IMG/VR virus record: IMGVR_UViG_3300037516_001127
Location: 1 to 64,000 of that record
Length of the DNA stretch: 64,000 bases
From: a virus
Strand: one strand, 5' to 3'
Numbering within the stretch: position 1 is the first letter of the stretch; the number at the start of each line of letters is the position of its first letter. Positions 9,458 to 20,500 of this stretch are shown piece by piece. The position numbers and the translations under genes were made by a program. Below the pieces are notes generated by a model that was given only the letters and a program-made list of their open reading frames with translations, was not told where the DNA came from and did no database searches.

Positions 9458-11854
9458 CTATACGACGTTTGAACCATAAACATAAGAACCACCGTATTCG
9501 CCAGGATCACCATACACTTCTGATTCAAATTCTTCGATTACAGCAACCGAACGATGCTCAACACCATACCCGGCAGGTATAACTCGACTTAACGCCTTCA
9601 TGACCTGCGAAGAGCTTTGGCCCACACTTACAACCCCAGGGGTTTCCTTAACCAAAGTTTCTACCCTGATCTGCCAAGGGTCGCCACCAACCTGGCGTAC
9701 AATCCGCACCTCTTTATCACCCCTGAGAACACGCTTGACTGACTCAGCTAAAGCATCCTGAGTTCCGCCGCGCAAACCACTTACAGCAGTCTTTACTTGC
9801 CAACGCCAGTAATCATAATCATTTGATTCGCTATCATCGAAAGATTCGATTTCGGTCCAGCTGGCGACATCATCGCCGTTGCCATTAGGGCTAGGCGGCT
9901 GATCTGGTTCAATTTCCCATTCATCCCAATTTTGTAATGGTTGTGGTACATCCGAAGTCTTATCCTGGAAAGCGAGTTGATCCCATGCAGTGAAACCAGT
10001 TGAATTGTCTTGAATTTTAACGCCAACCAGTGTTCCAAGCCAATTCAAAAATTTTATGCAACAAATATCAGGGTCAACAAGTTTTGAACGGGCTTCACCC
10101 GTATCTAAAGAAACTTCATCTGGAGCAATGTATCTGAGCTCAGCCCAAATTCGTTCAATCTGACCAGCGGTAATATACAAAACATTAACGAACTGACCTA
10201 ACGGATACCTAGGCTCTACTTGCAACGCATCTTCTTCTGTCATGTAGGCAGGTAGGCGATCCCAGATTTCAAAACTAAAAGAATTTTCGTACCTAAAACC
10301 AGGCACCGTTAATGCTGGTGCAGCAAAATAGATTGCGTCGCCAGCTTCTTGCCCAAAAATTTCAAACTTCGTTCGGAGGATAGTTTCGCCGTCTGGAGGC
10401 ATCCTGTCAGAAGAATATAAAGAAACCAGCTGCCATTGATTTCCTCTAACCGAAACAGAATCAAAGATAGTCTTAACGCTGCCGAAACGGGTAGCAGTGA
10501 AAGTCATACCCACAGTTACCTGCCTGGGTGCCCAAACCCAAATAAAAGATCTCTGGTATCGGTTCATGAACCGTGGAGGAAGCACATAACGGGCCGAAGC
10601 TAAAGTAAAAGGGGTGCCATCTGAAGTGACTCGTAGACTATTAGTATCAGAGTGAAGAAATTTTGTGTGGCTTGGCGTTAAAGAAGCATTTCCAGCAACA
10701 ATTTCCCAGTTGCCTACACTCGAATCAAAAGAAAAATCTTCACCTTTGTAAAGGTTATTGTCTAGCAGGGTTGGGAACCAGCAATCCCCATTATCTTCTT
10801 CAACTATAAGCTTGCCGATACTAGGAACAAAAATTGTATCCGAAGCAGATACTGACCCACCCAAATACGACAAAACGGAAATTGCTTCAAAAGTACCTGA
10901 AGAATTAGTTCTGCCAACAACTTCGACAGTAACAATGCCGTCAATGTCACCAATACTGATTAGACCGTCATTCCAAAGAATTTCAAGACCATTGACTCTG
11001 ACCGTATCTATAAGAACTTCATAAGGCCACGAGATTTGCAACTCGGCAGAATCAACTAAACCTTCAATTTCGGTCAAGTACGAAACTGATTGCCCTAATT
11101 CCGCCGAATCGACTGACCAGCTAGCTTCAATATCTGGTGGTTCGGCGATAATAGTTTCACAAACGAAAACTTCTGAATCGTGAATTTCCCAGTTGATACC
11201 CCACGAGAAGTTCTCATCAACTACAGGGGTTCGTAAAGTAGCTACTAGGGAAACGGCCCCAACTGGAGGCTCGGGAACCTCAACAGTCGTACCTAGCCTT
11301 ACGGTTTCCCCAACCATAAAACCTGATGACGCACCCTGGAAAAGCGCAGTCGTATACGTCGTAGGTAAAACTTCTGGTGTTTCATCCAGGAATGAGCGGT
11401 ACAGAGAGACAAGAGGATCGCCGACACGAACACCGGACTCGTCGACCCATTCAAGAGTCGCCATAACGTACTCGGAAACACAATCAGTACAGTCTCCAGT
11501 TAAAACAAAGGTGCCGTTTCCGCCGCTAACAATGATGGTTGAGACTGCTGAGTCTTCGTATTCTTCAGCATCGGTGACGGTTAAGGTGGTGACATATATC
11601 CCAGGCGTAGCATAAACGTGAGTAACAGACTCCAGGGATGAGGATGCTGTTCCATCGCCGAAATTCCAAAGATACGAGAGGGCTGATACGCCTGTTGACG
11701 TTGAACCATCAAATTCTATTGATAGGGGTGAATCTCCGATTGAGGTATCGGTGACAATTACCGCTACTGGATCAGGATGGACTGGCGGCGTTCCCGCAGA
11801 GCCAAGGGTGTCTTCACCTCCGACTTCTGAAGAACCGACGTTAAAGATTCCCAT
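9458..11854 (-). CDS. Baseplate wedge protein (P2 gpI-like C-terminus) with an N-terminal PKD domain
   Basis: PKD motif YLWNFGDG...HVYATPGIYVTTLTVTD; gpI-like FLNWLGTLVGV...RGGTQDALAESVKRVL...IPAG. Confidence 0.65.
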   Translation of the reverse strand: MGIFNVGSSEVGGEDTLGSAGTPPVHPDPVAVIVTDTSIGDSPLSIEFDGSTSTGVSALSYLWNFGDGTASSSLESVTHVYATPGIYVTTLTVTDAEEYEDSAVSTIIVSGGNGTFVLTGDCTDCVSEYVMATLEWVDESGVRVGDPLVSLYRSFLDETPEVLPTTYTTALFQGASSGFMVGETVRLGTTVEVPEPPVGAVSLVATLRTPVVDENFSWGINWEIHDSEVFVCETIIAEPPDIEASWSVDSAELGQSVSYLTEIEGLVDSAELQISWPYEVLIDTVRVNGLEILWNDGLISIGDIDGIVTVEVVGRTNSSGTFEAISVLSYLGGSVSASDTIFVPSIGKLIVEEDNGDCWFPTLLDNNLYKGEDFSFDSSVGNWEIVAGNASLTPSHTKFLHSDTNSLRVTSDGTPFTLASARYVLPPRFMNRYQRSFIWVWAPRQVTVGMTFTATRFGSVKTIFDSVSVRGNQWQLVSLYSSDRMPPDGETILRTKFEIFGQEAGDAIYFAAPALTVPGFRYENSFSFEIWDRLPAYMTEEDALQVEPRYPLGQFVNVLYITAGQIERIWAELRYIAPDEVSLDTGEARSKLVDPDICCIKFLNWLGTLVGVKIQDNSTGFTAWDQLAFQDKTSDVPQPLQNWDEWEIEPDQPPSPNGNGDDVASWTEIESFDDSESNDYDYWRWQVKTAVSGLRGGTQDALAESVKRVLRGDKEVRIVRQVGGDPWQIRVETLVKETPGVVSVGQSSSQVMKALSRVIPAGYGVEHRSVAVIEEFESEVYGDPGEYGGSYVYGSNVV

Positions 11855-14697
11855 TAGGGTCCTTCAACTTGCTGCATCCAGTCAATGACATGTTGGCTTC
11901 CCGTTGGTACGGGTATCGGATTAGAATCGTACCCCTGAAGCATAGAATCGTGATCTGTCATTGTCATATACAGGCTTAAAAGTTCGCTTTTACCTGCGTC
12001 GTCAAAAGCGTCAATAAAAGGGGTTACCTGATTGTTTTCACCGTAAACTGGGATGAGCTCGTCCCATCGGCCAAAACAATAACCGATCGGCTTATCATTT
12101 GCCGCCACATACTCCTGCAGTTTTAAACCACCAAAGTCATAATACGGTCCAGGCTGGTCCATCATAATTTGCCACGCCAATAGCACAACAGGGATAGACG
12201 GAATCGGTTCAGTAGCAACTGCCCTTTCCATATCTATAGGTCCAGCCCATGAGAAAGCACCAAGGAAGTCTGGGTCTCCACCAGAATAAGTCAAATCCCG
12301 ATGAAAGGTTGATCCGTCATCCGTAATATCTTTCGTCAACACGGATGCTTTAGCTAAACATCCGCCAGCCGAATAGCCGGTAGCGAATTTTCTTGTCGGG
12401 CTCAAATCGTAATCAGATCCGTCGGTCTCAACCCAACGTCCACAAGCCTTATAATCTATAAGGTTTTGTGGCCAGCGGACTGCAGGGGTAGAACTAGGAA
12501 GCTTTGCCAACCGGTACCCTACACACAGGACAGCGTAACCATTGTTAATCAGATCTTGTTTGAACTCTTCTGGAATGTCAGTGGGTTTTCCACTAACGAA
12601 GAATCCCGAGAATGCCCACAGGATAGTCGGCCAGCCTCCCACGGGAGGTTCACCATCAGGGATATGCAAATCGCCTTTAGCCGCAGAACCGTTGACGGCA
12701 GGATCGCCGCCACCCATATTAATATCAAAATAGCTTGTGTAAGGCGGCTGAGATATTTCAGGAGACGATAAAATAAATTCAACAGAATTCGAAACCCACA
12801 TGTTAGTGCCGTCCCACAACATAGACAGCGGGCTGCTTTTCATATCTATAGTTGAGGTAACGCTATTTGTGGTCGGGTTAATTTTTGATATATCCCCAGA
12901 TCCGTTATTAGCAACCCAGATGCTAGTGCCATCGTATGCTAATCCGCGAGGCGATTTTCCGACAGGTATTGGAGCTCCGACAACCGAGTTAGTCACAGGG
13001 TCAATCTTTGAGACAGTGTCAGAGCCGCTGTTAGCAACCCAGATATATCCTGCAGCCGACAGTACTGCAAAAGGCCTAGAACCTTGAGGCATGAGAATTG
13101 CGGTGACATTATTTCCGCTGTCAATTTTGCAGACACGGTCCCCTGCGGTCTCATTGTTATCGTTAGAGCAGGCAACCCAAATATTTGTTCCTTGAGATGC
13201 CATACCTTTCGCTGTGTAATTAGTGTTGTTTAGGACAATAACAGTTTGCGTGACAACATTATTAAGCGGCCCTGTAGGGGTTATGCGGGTGACTTTTGTT
13301 CTAGGAATAGGCAAAGTTTTTATTGTTGTAGCTGATCCCGGATTTAGCAGTGTTGACTGGCTGGTAGCCCAAATCGAACCCTGGGCATATAAGACTTCAG
13401 TTGGGGAATCACCAATATTTATTGTAGGAGCAGGACTCGGGTCGCCGGGAGGAAATGCCCCTGTACTTGCAAGAATTCTCATAACGCCATTAGCTGAAGA
13501 GTTGGTTATCCAAAGATATTTAGAGCCATCATAAGCAACTGATCGAGAACCAAAACCAGCATTTGTTTTTGTCACAGACAAATCTGATCTTTTGATTCTT
13601 GACAAGGTTGATGAACCATCATGAACAGCGTAAATCGAATCGATATCACCGCCGACTAACGCTAGACTCCTGACGCTTTCGTCAACAGCAATATGTGATA
13701 TGGCACCCGTGGAACCATTTACTTTTGATACAAAGCTTCCAACTGGGACAACATTTCCGTTACTTGTTTTCCTGCCTTCTAAAGTTAGAAACGTTTCTGT
13801 TGTGCCATCCCATTCTGAATATTTTGGCTGATTTACTTGATCCCCAACCCTATAGTCGTAAAAGCCAATAGGCGATGTTTCCCCTAGAGTGACGTCTTCA
13901 TCATATAAAAGAATATTTTTAATAGTTATAGGCCTATTCCATTGGTATAGAAAAAAGCCTGCAGGGTTAGTGTCACTGTTTGTGCCAAATTCAACAGTAT
14001 CAAATGCTAGTTCGCCTGGAGCAAATTGTTGTTCCATCTTAAAGGTCCTGGTTTGATTAGCGTTAGTACTACCTGGAATAATAACCCAACCTGAAACCTT
14101 AAAAAGATTTGTTGAACTTACAGAAATTTCTATTCGATACCTAGACAAGTTAGTCGTATAGTAAGGCATTGCACCTGTTCCAGGGATGGACATCGCTTGT
14201 CGTGTGTCGCCTTTCATGATTGCCATACGCTGCTGATTCAAACCTTCGGTAATAAAATTGGCTTGAACTATTCGTAAGCCAAACTTCCTCTCACTACCAT
14301 CAATGTCTGGATGGCCTCCAGATCTAAATGTTAAAAAATCAAAGTTCCCTGCTGTAGGATTGTCAGATAGTTGCATTTCGAAATACATAGAAAAAGGAGG
14401 ATTTATAGTAACCAGATCAGGAAGTTTGCTAGGCAAATTAATAGCACTAGTATCAAAATTTTCAAACCCTACAGCAGAACGCTGCTGCCCCCCAGGACCT
14501 AGGGCCTGAGCAATATTAATGCTTTTCTGCCTAGTAGCCTGAGAGCCAAAAACCTGAGTCTGAGAATAAAAAAAATCTGGTTTAGTATCACAATAAGTAA
14601 ACGGACTATCATTCACACCACGGTCACCAGGGCGAAGTTCCCCGGCACCAGGCGAACCTTTAGCACCCCAACCCGTCCACTTAAATATCAAAGCCAT
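11854..14697 (-). CDS. Virion protein with a YVTN-like beta-propeller and a C-terminal alpha/beta-hydrolase (esterase)
   Basis: Repeats IWVANSGSDTVSKIDP..VGKSPRGLAYDG; hydrolase motifs GYAVLCVGYRL and GYSAGG, with candidate Asp (WDELIP) and His (TDHDS). Confidence 0.75.
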   Translation of the reverse strand: MALIFKWTGWGAKGSPGAGELRPGDRGVNDSPFTYCDTKPDFFYSQTQVFGSQATRQKSINIAQALGPGGQQRSAVGFENFDTSAINLPSKLPDLVTINPPFSMYFEMQLSDNPTAGNFDFLTFRSGGHPDIDGSERKFGLRIVQANFITEGLNQQRMAIMKGDTRQAMSIPGTGAMPYYTTNLSRYRIEISVSSTNLFKVSGWVIIPGSTNANQTRTFKMEQQFAPGELAFDTVEFGTNSDTNPAGFFLYQWNRPITIKNILLYDEDVTLGETSPIGFYDYRVGDQVNQPKYSEWDGTTETFLTLEGRKTSNGNVVPVGSFVSKVNGSTGAISHIAVDESVRSLALVGGDIDSIYAVHDGSSTLSRIKRSDLSVTKTNAGFGSRSVAYDGSKYLWITNSSANGVMRILASTGAFPPGDPSPAPTINIGDSPTEVLYAQGSIWATSQSTLLNPGSATTIKTLPIPRTKVTRITPTGPLNNVVTQTVIVLNNTNYTAKGMASQGTNIWVACSNDNNETAGDRVCKIDSGNNVTAILMPQGSRPFAVLSAAGYIWVANSGSDTVSKIDPVTNSVVGAPIPVGKSPRGLAYDGTSIWVANNGSGDISKINPTTNSVTSTIDMKSSPLSMLWDGTNMWVSNSVEFILSSPEISQPPYTSYFDINMGGGDPAVNGSAAKGDLHIPDGEPPVGGWPTILWAFSGFFVSGKPTDIPEEFKQDLINNGYAVLCVGYRLAKLPSSTPAVRWPQNLIDYKACGRWVETDGSDYDLSPTRKFATGYSAGGCLAKASVLTKDITDDGSTFHRDLTYSGGDPDFLGAFSWAGPIDMERAVATEPIPSIPVVLLAWQIMMDQPGPYYDFGGLKLQEYVAANDKPIGYCFGRWDELIPVYGENNQVTPFIDAFDDAGKSELLSLYMTMTDHDSMLQGYDSNPIPVPTGSQHVIDWMQQVEGP

Positions 14698-15248
14698 TAC
14701 AAAGGCCGTCTGAAAATTAGGCTTCCAACAGGAATGCCTTCTAAAGCCTCGCCAATATCGACAACAAAAATACCCGTACCAGTAGCACCAGGAGTACCCG
14801 CTGGGCCCTCGCTAATAGCGATAAGGACACGCCTGTCGCTAATCATCCCAGGAGTGATATTTGTTATCGTGGGAGGAATATAAACTGCGGCTAGCTTGAT
14901 TGAATCGACACTCAGCTCAGGCTCCAAAGGCGAAGCAGCAGCGACACCGGTTTTCACCGCAGGTATACCAGAAGTGTTGACTTCAATAAGGTCGATGCGC
15001 GGGTTGGTTGCGTTAGCGGAGGTAAACGACAAAGAGGTTAGACTCACGTTGACATGGCCAAGAGCGAAACTTGGTTGTACCACGCCAGCAGCTACAGAGA
15101 TACTCATACCGGATACACCATCTGATACTAGGCATCCGCTAACTACACCCTTGCCAGCTTGGGCAAGAACAATGTCTTGCAAAGCCGAACTGTAGATACG
15201 GGCCTGCGCAGCGTATTCGGCTTCGCTAAGATTCGGAATATCCCACAT
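14697..15248 (-). CDS. Minor tail/fibre structural protein
   Basis: GVVSGCLV...ANATNPRIDLI...LAAVYIP...ISDRR is a common phage tail motif. Confidence 0.6.
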   Translation of the reverse strand: MWDIPNLSEAEYAAQARIYSSALQDIVLAQAGKGVVSGCLVSDGVSGMSISVAAGVVQPSFALGHVNVSLTSLSFTSANATNPRIDLIEVNTSGIPAVKTGVAAASPLEPELSVDSIKLAAVYIPPTITNITPGMISDRRVLIAISEGPAGTPGATGTGIFVVDIGEALEGIPVGSLIFRRPL

Positions 15249-15272
15249 ATCAGTATGTCCTTTGAGTTTTCA

Positions 15273-15644
15273 TTATAATGCGTCAACCCATGTTAGACCA
15301 TCAGTCGAAATAGATACTTCGATTGAAGTCGCATTGATTACATGACACCAAATGTACAACGGGTAACTGCCACATCTAGGTTTGCCAAGGAAATATAGCA
15401 TGATGATAGAAGATTCTTCGTCTAAAAGCGCAACCGGCTCAGTAGCAAAAGGCAAAACTGTTTCAGCCAATATCGCCGCAGACCACCCGTCTTCAGGGGC
15501 AACCCCTGGGGTCGAACCAGGAACTATTTGACTCCCAGCGTAACCAAGGCGCGCCACCTCAGCACCAGCAAAATTATCAATAGACAAAAGCCAATTATCT
15601 ATCTCAAACTCAGAATGGAAACCCATAACCTCAGAACATGCCAT
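15273..15644 (-). CDS. Hypothetical protein (tail module)
   Basis: 123-aa ORF with TGATG coupling to the upstream gene. Confidence 0.55.
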   Translation of the reverse strand: MACSEVMGFHSEFEIDNWLLSIDNFAGAEVARLGYAGSQIVPGSTPGVAPEDGWSAAILAETVLPFATEPVALLDEESSIIMLYFLGKPRCGSYPLYIWCHVINATSIEVSISTDGLTWVDAL

Positions 15645-15868
15645 CAGGCAGCACCAGCGATGTCATCAATAACCATCTGAAAAGTTAAACCAGTTTCCGG
15701 ATCAGGCACAATCTCAGTAAATTGAAAATCATTCTCTTCAAGAATGTCAACTAGTACAACCTTCAATGGAGTAAGACTAAAATTCAGGCTTACCTTTTCA
15801 CCAACAGCAGGCATACCCAAATCCCATACAGCAGTTTGTATAGGCAGAATTGGCACCTCACCCGGCAT
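15644..15868 (-). CDS. Hypothetical protein, 74 aa (start MPGEVPILP)
   Basis: The track ORF 15644..15973 overlaps the next gene too far; ATG at 15868 follows GGGGTGAG. Confidence 0.5.
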   Translation of the reverse strand: MPGEVPILPIQTAVWDLGMPAVGEKVSLNFSLTPLKVVLVDILEENDFQFTEIVPDPETGLTFQMVIDDIAGAA

Positions 15869-16133
15869 TAAACTCACCCCACAGTGAAGCAAAGAAAATA
15901 GCAACAGAAACAGAAGTACCCTCACCCAAAGGGCGACCAAAATCTTGCCACGCCCCAACAGCGATACAGTCATCTCCCCCAGGAGAAACAGCTACCGTAT
16001 AAAAATTGTCAGGCTCTGAAACTGGGGCTTTAAAAAACCCGTTCCCACAAGAGCTTATAAGGGAAGGGGGACCAGGATCTTCGCCACCATAGGTGGCACC
16101 AGATCCGTAAGAGGCTGATCTGTAAGTTGGCAT
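15858..16133 (-). CDS. Hypothetical protein, 91 aa (start MPTYRSASYG)
   Basis: TGATG coupling with the upstream stop at 16133. Confidence 0.55.
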   Translation of the reverse strand: MPTYRSASYGSGATYGGEDPGPPSLISSCGNGFFKAPVSEPDNFYTVAVSPGGDDCIAVGAWQDFGRPLGEGTSVSVAIFFASLWGEFNAG

Positions 16134-17533
16134 CAGACTGGGAACCAAGAACCGTTTTGGTTATCTGCCATGAAACTCATAAAAGGATTTTCAGAGGTCA
16201 AAGTAGGCACTGGTGACATCTCATCAAAGACAGAACGATTTAACATCCGACCATATTTAACAACCACTGTCACATCTTCCGTGGAAGCCGGATCTCTTAA
16301 CAAAGTGATAACTTGCCCGGGCAGCCAATCCCTATTGTACGGCAAAACCCCTACCCAATCTCCAGCATCATCATCGGCAAGAATAACAGTAGTTCCAGGT
16401 TTACAATCGAACACATATTGTGCAACCAAGAATTCTGATCCAACATCAATGTTGCGTATTGAATTATCTAAAGATAAAGAAATTAATCTAGGTTGGGCAT
16501 CCCACGAATACAAGACTTCGGTTTCTGAACCCTCCCCAGAATAGCTTGACCCATAGCGGGCATCGCGATATAAGCCTGCCGCGTCAAAGTGCATAGCGAG
16601 TTCTTTAGGATTAACAGCGCTAACAGCCTCAGGGTTAGCTACCCCAATCCAATTGATAGCACCAGCAACATAGATCTGGGCGCTACGCATATCCATACTG
16701 GCAATTTCATTACTCGGGATAACAGCAGACTCATGCGTGAAAACAAGTCGATCTCCGCCGCTAGTCGTGACAACCCAGTCAGGCTGCTCAAACGCTACCG
16801 TTATCGAATTATTGTCAGCATGAGCTATGCGTTGCGCCCCAACGCCCGGAGTTTCAGATATCGTAATATCATTTGTAAAACGCTCAACATACTGGCCCCA
16901 GCCATCTACTGGATCATCATAAGAAGTGATTACAAAAGAAACATAGTCCCCGTTGCCACTATTGAAATACGCAAGGTTCAATATGGAAACGGCTTCCATG
17001 GAGTCAAAACTGATTCCAGTAGTAAGACCCCCAAGCGTGTCCACACCAGGGTCATCCCCCAAAGGTGTTAGATCAACAAAAAGTGCGGCAGCGTCAGGGG
17101 CGACCATCTCATCAAGAGTAAACTTTCCACCCACTACAACAGCAGGCTGATAATCCTCAGGAGCAGATCCACCAAGATCAGCAAGATCAACACGATCATA
17201 AACATCAACAGTAACCGGACCATTAAGATCATCAGAATGGCCGATGAAATCACCAACAACAGCGATAGCGCCACCATCCTCAGCGATACGAAAATCAACT
17301 AAAGCGAGAACCTCAGTAGGTTCACGAAAAGCCAAATATTGCCCACTAGAAACAAGCGTAGACACTTCAAGTTCGGCAACCCTATCACCGACCGTTGCAT
17401 AAGTACCAGAAGGGGTTTCACCTAGCTCAGTTACAATGTCATTGATATGCGCGGCACGAATAACATCGCCGGTCCCATCCCCAGGGACAGCATCATCTTC
17501 TAACGGAACCCCACTATTAGGCGGATATGCCAT
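16133..17533 (-). CDS. Acidic virion structural protein
   Basis: RBS GGAGGAG precedes ATG 17533 (MAYPP); N-terminal AAHINDIV..LG..P.G....V..R is a typical fibre-anchor motif. Confidence 0.6.
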   Translation of the reverse strand: MAYPPNSGVPLEDDAVPGDGTGDVIRAAHINDIVTELGETPSGTYATVGDRVAELEVSTLVSSGQYLAFREPTEVLALVDFRIAEDGGAIAVVGDFIGHSDDLNGPVTVDVYDRVDLADLGGSAPEDYQPAVVVGGKFTLDEMVAPDAAALFVDLTPLGDDPGVDTLGGLTTGISFDSMEAVSILNLAYFNSGNGDYVSFVITSYDDPVDGWGQYVERFTNDITISETPGVGAQRIAHADNNSITVAFEQPDWVVTTSGGDRLVFTHESAVIPSNEIASMDMRSAQIYVAGAINWIGVANPEAVSAVNPKELAMHFDAAGLYRDARYGSSYSGEGSETEVLYSWDAQPRLISLSLDNSIRNIDVGSEFLVAQYVFDCKPGTTVILADDDAGDWVGVLPYNRDWLPGQVITLLRDPASTEDVTVVVKYGRMLNRSVFDEMSPVPTLTSENPFMSFMADNQNGSWFPV

Positions 17534-17588
17534 TGCAAACTCCTCCGGTTTTAACAAAAATCAAAAAATTTGTAACCATATTCTATTC

Positions 17589-20500
17589 CTAATCTGTTAA
17601 GTAGCATCCAACAAAGTTGAAAAAAGATACTTCCAAACCATTGGGAACAACATTTTCGGTACCTAACAGGTCAATCGAAACAACCAAAACTAGTGGGGAG
17701 TCCAAAGCGAACAGTGGCAACGTCCCTGTATCTAGAGAGATGTCGACCCGCTGTCCGTCAGAGACGGCTGTGCCATCAAGGACTGAGAAAGAATAGCGTT
17801 CAGACCAAACCTGAGATTTATAGGTTTTTGCACCATCCAAAAAATCACCATTTGAACGATAAAGAGCAAAAGTTGCTTTAGCTGGGATATCCCCATAATC
17901 GCTTTCATCTATACGCAAAGTAAGCGAAGCCCCAATTTTCAATCTTCCAGAAACAGCACTTTCCGGGAACCGAACCTGCGTAGCCGCATAAAAGCTCACA
18001 TTGTTAACAGATGAGTATTCAAACCATCCTGACCCAGCTGGCAGAGACGCATTGCCAGCAGTGCCATCAAGGACAGCAACCTGGTATGAAGCATTGTTTG
18101 CTACTAGCTCAGGGTACCAATCCTCGTCCCAGTCAACAAACCCCCAGATGTTAGTGCCATTCCAGGCCTCAAGATTAGATCCAGCGAAACTCTGATAATT
18201 TCCGCCGCATCCTAAAGCCGGAACGATCTGAGAAACTGTTATTGATTCAACAATAGAAGCAGAAGCGCCTTCGTCATCATAAACTGTTAGGACTACACGA
18301 TAGATACCACCAGAAGACCAGGTTTTAGAAAGATCAGCCTGATCAGATGTTGTCCCATCACCAAAATCCCAAGAATAAGCCGTTACAGTCCCATCGTTAT
18401 CATAAGAATTTGAGCCAATCAGACCGTAAGGGATACCAGCTGAAGGCTCGCCAACACGGTCAATAACCGGAACCGGTGGCTCGTTAACTACCAGAGGATC
18501 TATGATTTCGATTACCGTAGTAGCCTCATCTACGCCTGACGTCATCGAAACAATATATGACCCGACAGTGTCATAAGAATGTTCCAATGGGTCAGGATCG
18601 GTTACTACAGGGAAAGTTGTGAATCCGATAACTTCACCGACTTCAAAAGGATTCGACCCAATAGGTTCAATCGAAAAATCTGGGGCAACTGAAACCAAAC
18701 GAAACCCTGGGACCTCTACCGATCCCTGGAATGGGGTAATGCGAATTGCAAAACTATCGGTGCGAACTTTTGCCGTAGGAGTAAAAGTTGCTGTAATTAT
18801 TCCATCCCACAGAACGCTTACTGTATAAATCCCACCATAATCAACCCCAAACTCGCCTAGACCTGACCAAACCCCAGGGATCACACTTCCGCCAGAAAGG
18901 GAGACAACAGAAACCCCAAACCCGCCACCCCTTAAACCACTACCGATTTCACCAAAATCGACTTCTACAGACTCAACAAGCGCATTAGGCGCAGGATACC
19001 CATACGCCCGAAAATAAGAAGCCCCAAACAGGGTTCCAATTTCATCTTCATTCCAACCCAAAACGATTTGCTTATACGGATCAGGGCGAACAACCGCACC
19101 CTCAGAACCAACAGATACCTCACCCTCAGTCACATCACTAATCACAGTGACACGTTGAGAAGAAACATCTGACGCCCCATCGTCATCTCTGACAGTTAAC
19201 GCGACCGCATAGTACCCAGAAGTTGTCCACGCTTTAGTTGGTGACTCGGCTGTTGATGCGGTGCCGTCATCAAAATCCCAAAGATATGAGACAATAGTTC
19301 CGTCTGAATCGGTTGATACCGAAGTCAGTGTGACCATCTGATCAATCAAAACGGATGTGGGGCCACTGATAATTGAAACGGGTGGCACATTTGCAGGGGA
19401 AATTATTATTGAATCTGTTTGTGTTGCGGTAGCACCGTCATTATCGGTGACTCTCAGACTTACCGTATATGTGCCAGCGCTCAGATATGTGTAAACCGGG
19501 TTGGCTTGAGCGGATACATTCCCATTGCCAAAAGTCCAAAGATACGAACGGATTGTCCCATCGGGGTCAGATGAGCCCGCCGATGAAAAATTGATAGCGG
19601 TGCCAACTATCCCCGTGGGCGGCACTGTAATTATTGCAATAGGTGGAAGATTCGGTGGCGGTTGGCTGCTAATAAAAATTGATTGCGTTTTACTAGCAGT
19701 TTCCCCATCGTTATCAGTTACCGTTAACGTAACCAGGTACGGCCCGTATTGGACCTTTTGGCTTATATTCCATGAGGTTACGCGACCAGCTAATTGGTTA
19801 AATTTAGTTAGTGTGATGCTGCCCAATGGTGGTATGTATAAAACTCCCAGGGATAGGCCCATGATCGCAGGACCGTTATTATCAGTACCTGAAGATAGGC
19901 AATAGTTGTAAATGCTTTCCAGTTCGTTTACACCAGAAGCAGTTTGGTCATTGTTGCCATAATCGGCAATAGCCATATGTGAAATGTTTTTCGTTTTTGC
20001 CCAATCCCGAAAATCAGTTAAACCCGTAGGGTAATCCATGTTTCCGATTGAACCAGAACTAGCAGCCGTAACGTAATGAATTAACCCATAAAAGTCCCAC
20101 TCGGCAAGAGGTTCCAAATACGAATCTGGGTTATACGATCCAAGCTGATCGCCTTCCCATGTCGTAGAGTTAAAGATCGGTGCAAAAGAAATATTTGTTG
20201 CATTGATTTGATTCAAGATTTGACGAAACTTTACCTGAACAAGACGCCATTCCTCTATCGTAAACCACGCTTGGACCCCTACATAATATTCTGGGTTATC
20301 CCAAACGCTTAACCATATTGGCTTATCAACATTTTTTAGGCTAGTCAGCAAAGCCAAAATGTTTGCGTCTTCAGAACCAGCTATCACACGGTCCACTGGA
20401 GGGAAATAAGAAAACCAGGGCATGCGGCCAGCTGCGGTCGTCAGAGAAGCCGCTGTGACCCGATCTGCGGGGTTCCACGCCGGTGTCAGCACCCCAGGCT

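Noticed and set aside
11854-12720. Calling the esterase Lysin B
   Set aside because: It is fused to a propeller in the tail operon, about 10 kb from the lysis cassette, and its motifs look more like HSL/carbohydrate esterases than cutinase-like LysB.
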